A stretch of DNA of 64,000 nt, taken from positions 4,092,001-4,156,000 of the forward strand of contig OX638163.1 of the NCBI GenBank assembly GCA_951804945.1, in the 5' to 3' direction. Below, in pieces: positions 63,563-64,000 of the stretch (position 1 is the first letter of the stretch; every line of letters starts with the position of its first letter). Under the pieces are notes generated by a model. That model saw nothing but the letters and a program-made list of their open reading frames with translations, searched no databases and was not told where the DNA came from. The DNA comes from Podarcis cretensis (Eukaryota). The translations under genes and the position numbers were made by a program.

Positions 63563-63751
63563 CAGTGGTGCCTTGGGTTAAGAACTTAATTCATTCTGGA
63601 GGTCCGTTCTTAACCTGAAACTGTTCTTAACCTGAGGTACCACTTTAGCTAATTGGGCCTCCTGCTGCTGCTGCACCGCTGGAGCACGATTTCTGTTCTT
63701 AGCCTGAAGCAAAGTTCTTGACCTGAGGTACTATTTTTGGGTTAGTGGAGT
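63563..63751. mobile_element. Tc1/mariner MITE, family B, copy 4 (one end truncated)
   Basis: TA|CAGTGGTGCCTTGGGTTAAG..., colinear with 36442-36683. Confidence 0.82.
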
Positions 63752-64000
63752 CCATCCTGAATATCCAAGGAAGTCAATCCTGCTGCCTAGGCTAAGTGAT
63801 CCAGTGCCCAACTGGGAATAGGGCTGTGCAGCCAATGCAGGATTAACCCCTGTCCTCCCGCTTCTGCTGGGTGGAAATGGTTTGGGGGAACTCGCTTGGT
63901 GGGCCAAGAGTGGCCTGTGGACTAGAGGTTCCCCACCTCAGGTCTGTCTAGCAGTCCCTTATGGCTCCTGTAACAGGCAACCAAACACTCACACAAAGGT

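Larger units (their letters stand above)
1..64000 (+). other. COL27A1: Internal segment of collagen type XXVII alpha 1 gene (16 triple-helix exons; both gene ends outside the window)
   Basis: Twelve 54-bp and four 45-bp exons, all AG|GGN...|GT and phase 0, splice to 276 aa of Gly-X-Y. The peptide is colinear with human COL27A1 as recalled (e.g. GFPGDIGPPGxNGPEG, GKPGARGLPGPRG, GFIGxVGEPGIVGxK, KGRR). Confidence 0.9.

Noticed and set aside
52553-64000. The next collagen exon (expected GPRGPDG-like)
   Set aside because: No AG-bounded Gly-X-Y exon was found by eye; it probably lies beyond the window

Overview
Eukaryotic (squamate, probably lacertid lizard) genomic DNA. The whole window lies inside one + strand fibrillar collagen gene, best identified as COL27A1. 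It has 16 phase-0 exons of 54 or 45 bp, each with canonical AG/GT ends, together encoding 276 aa of uninterrupted Gly-X-Y. Neither the start nor the end of the gene is in the window. The supplied ORF track is essentially spurious apart from a CR1 ORF2 remnant, an L2 remnant and fragments overlapping exons. Introns are dense in transposons: Sauria SINEs, a Squam3-like SINE, tRNA-Lys and tRNA-Ala SINEs, CR1, L2 and BovB fragments, Tc1/mariner and hAT MITEs, a probable solo LTR and a Penelope-like element. Two RNA-level signals stand out. (1) A 722-bp non-coding retroelement at 61592-62313 (-) has a 5' end that folds like an HDV-type ribozyme, but with an extra hairpin inserted in loop L3; the predicted cleavage site abuts the target-site duplication. 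(2) The Penelope-like insertion carries two minimal hammerhead motifs in an inverted repeat, one on the collagen sense strand. Family names come from recall, not from database searches.
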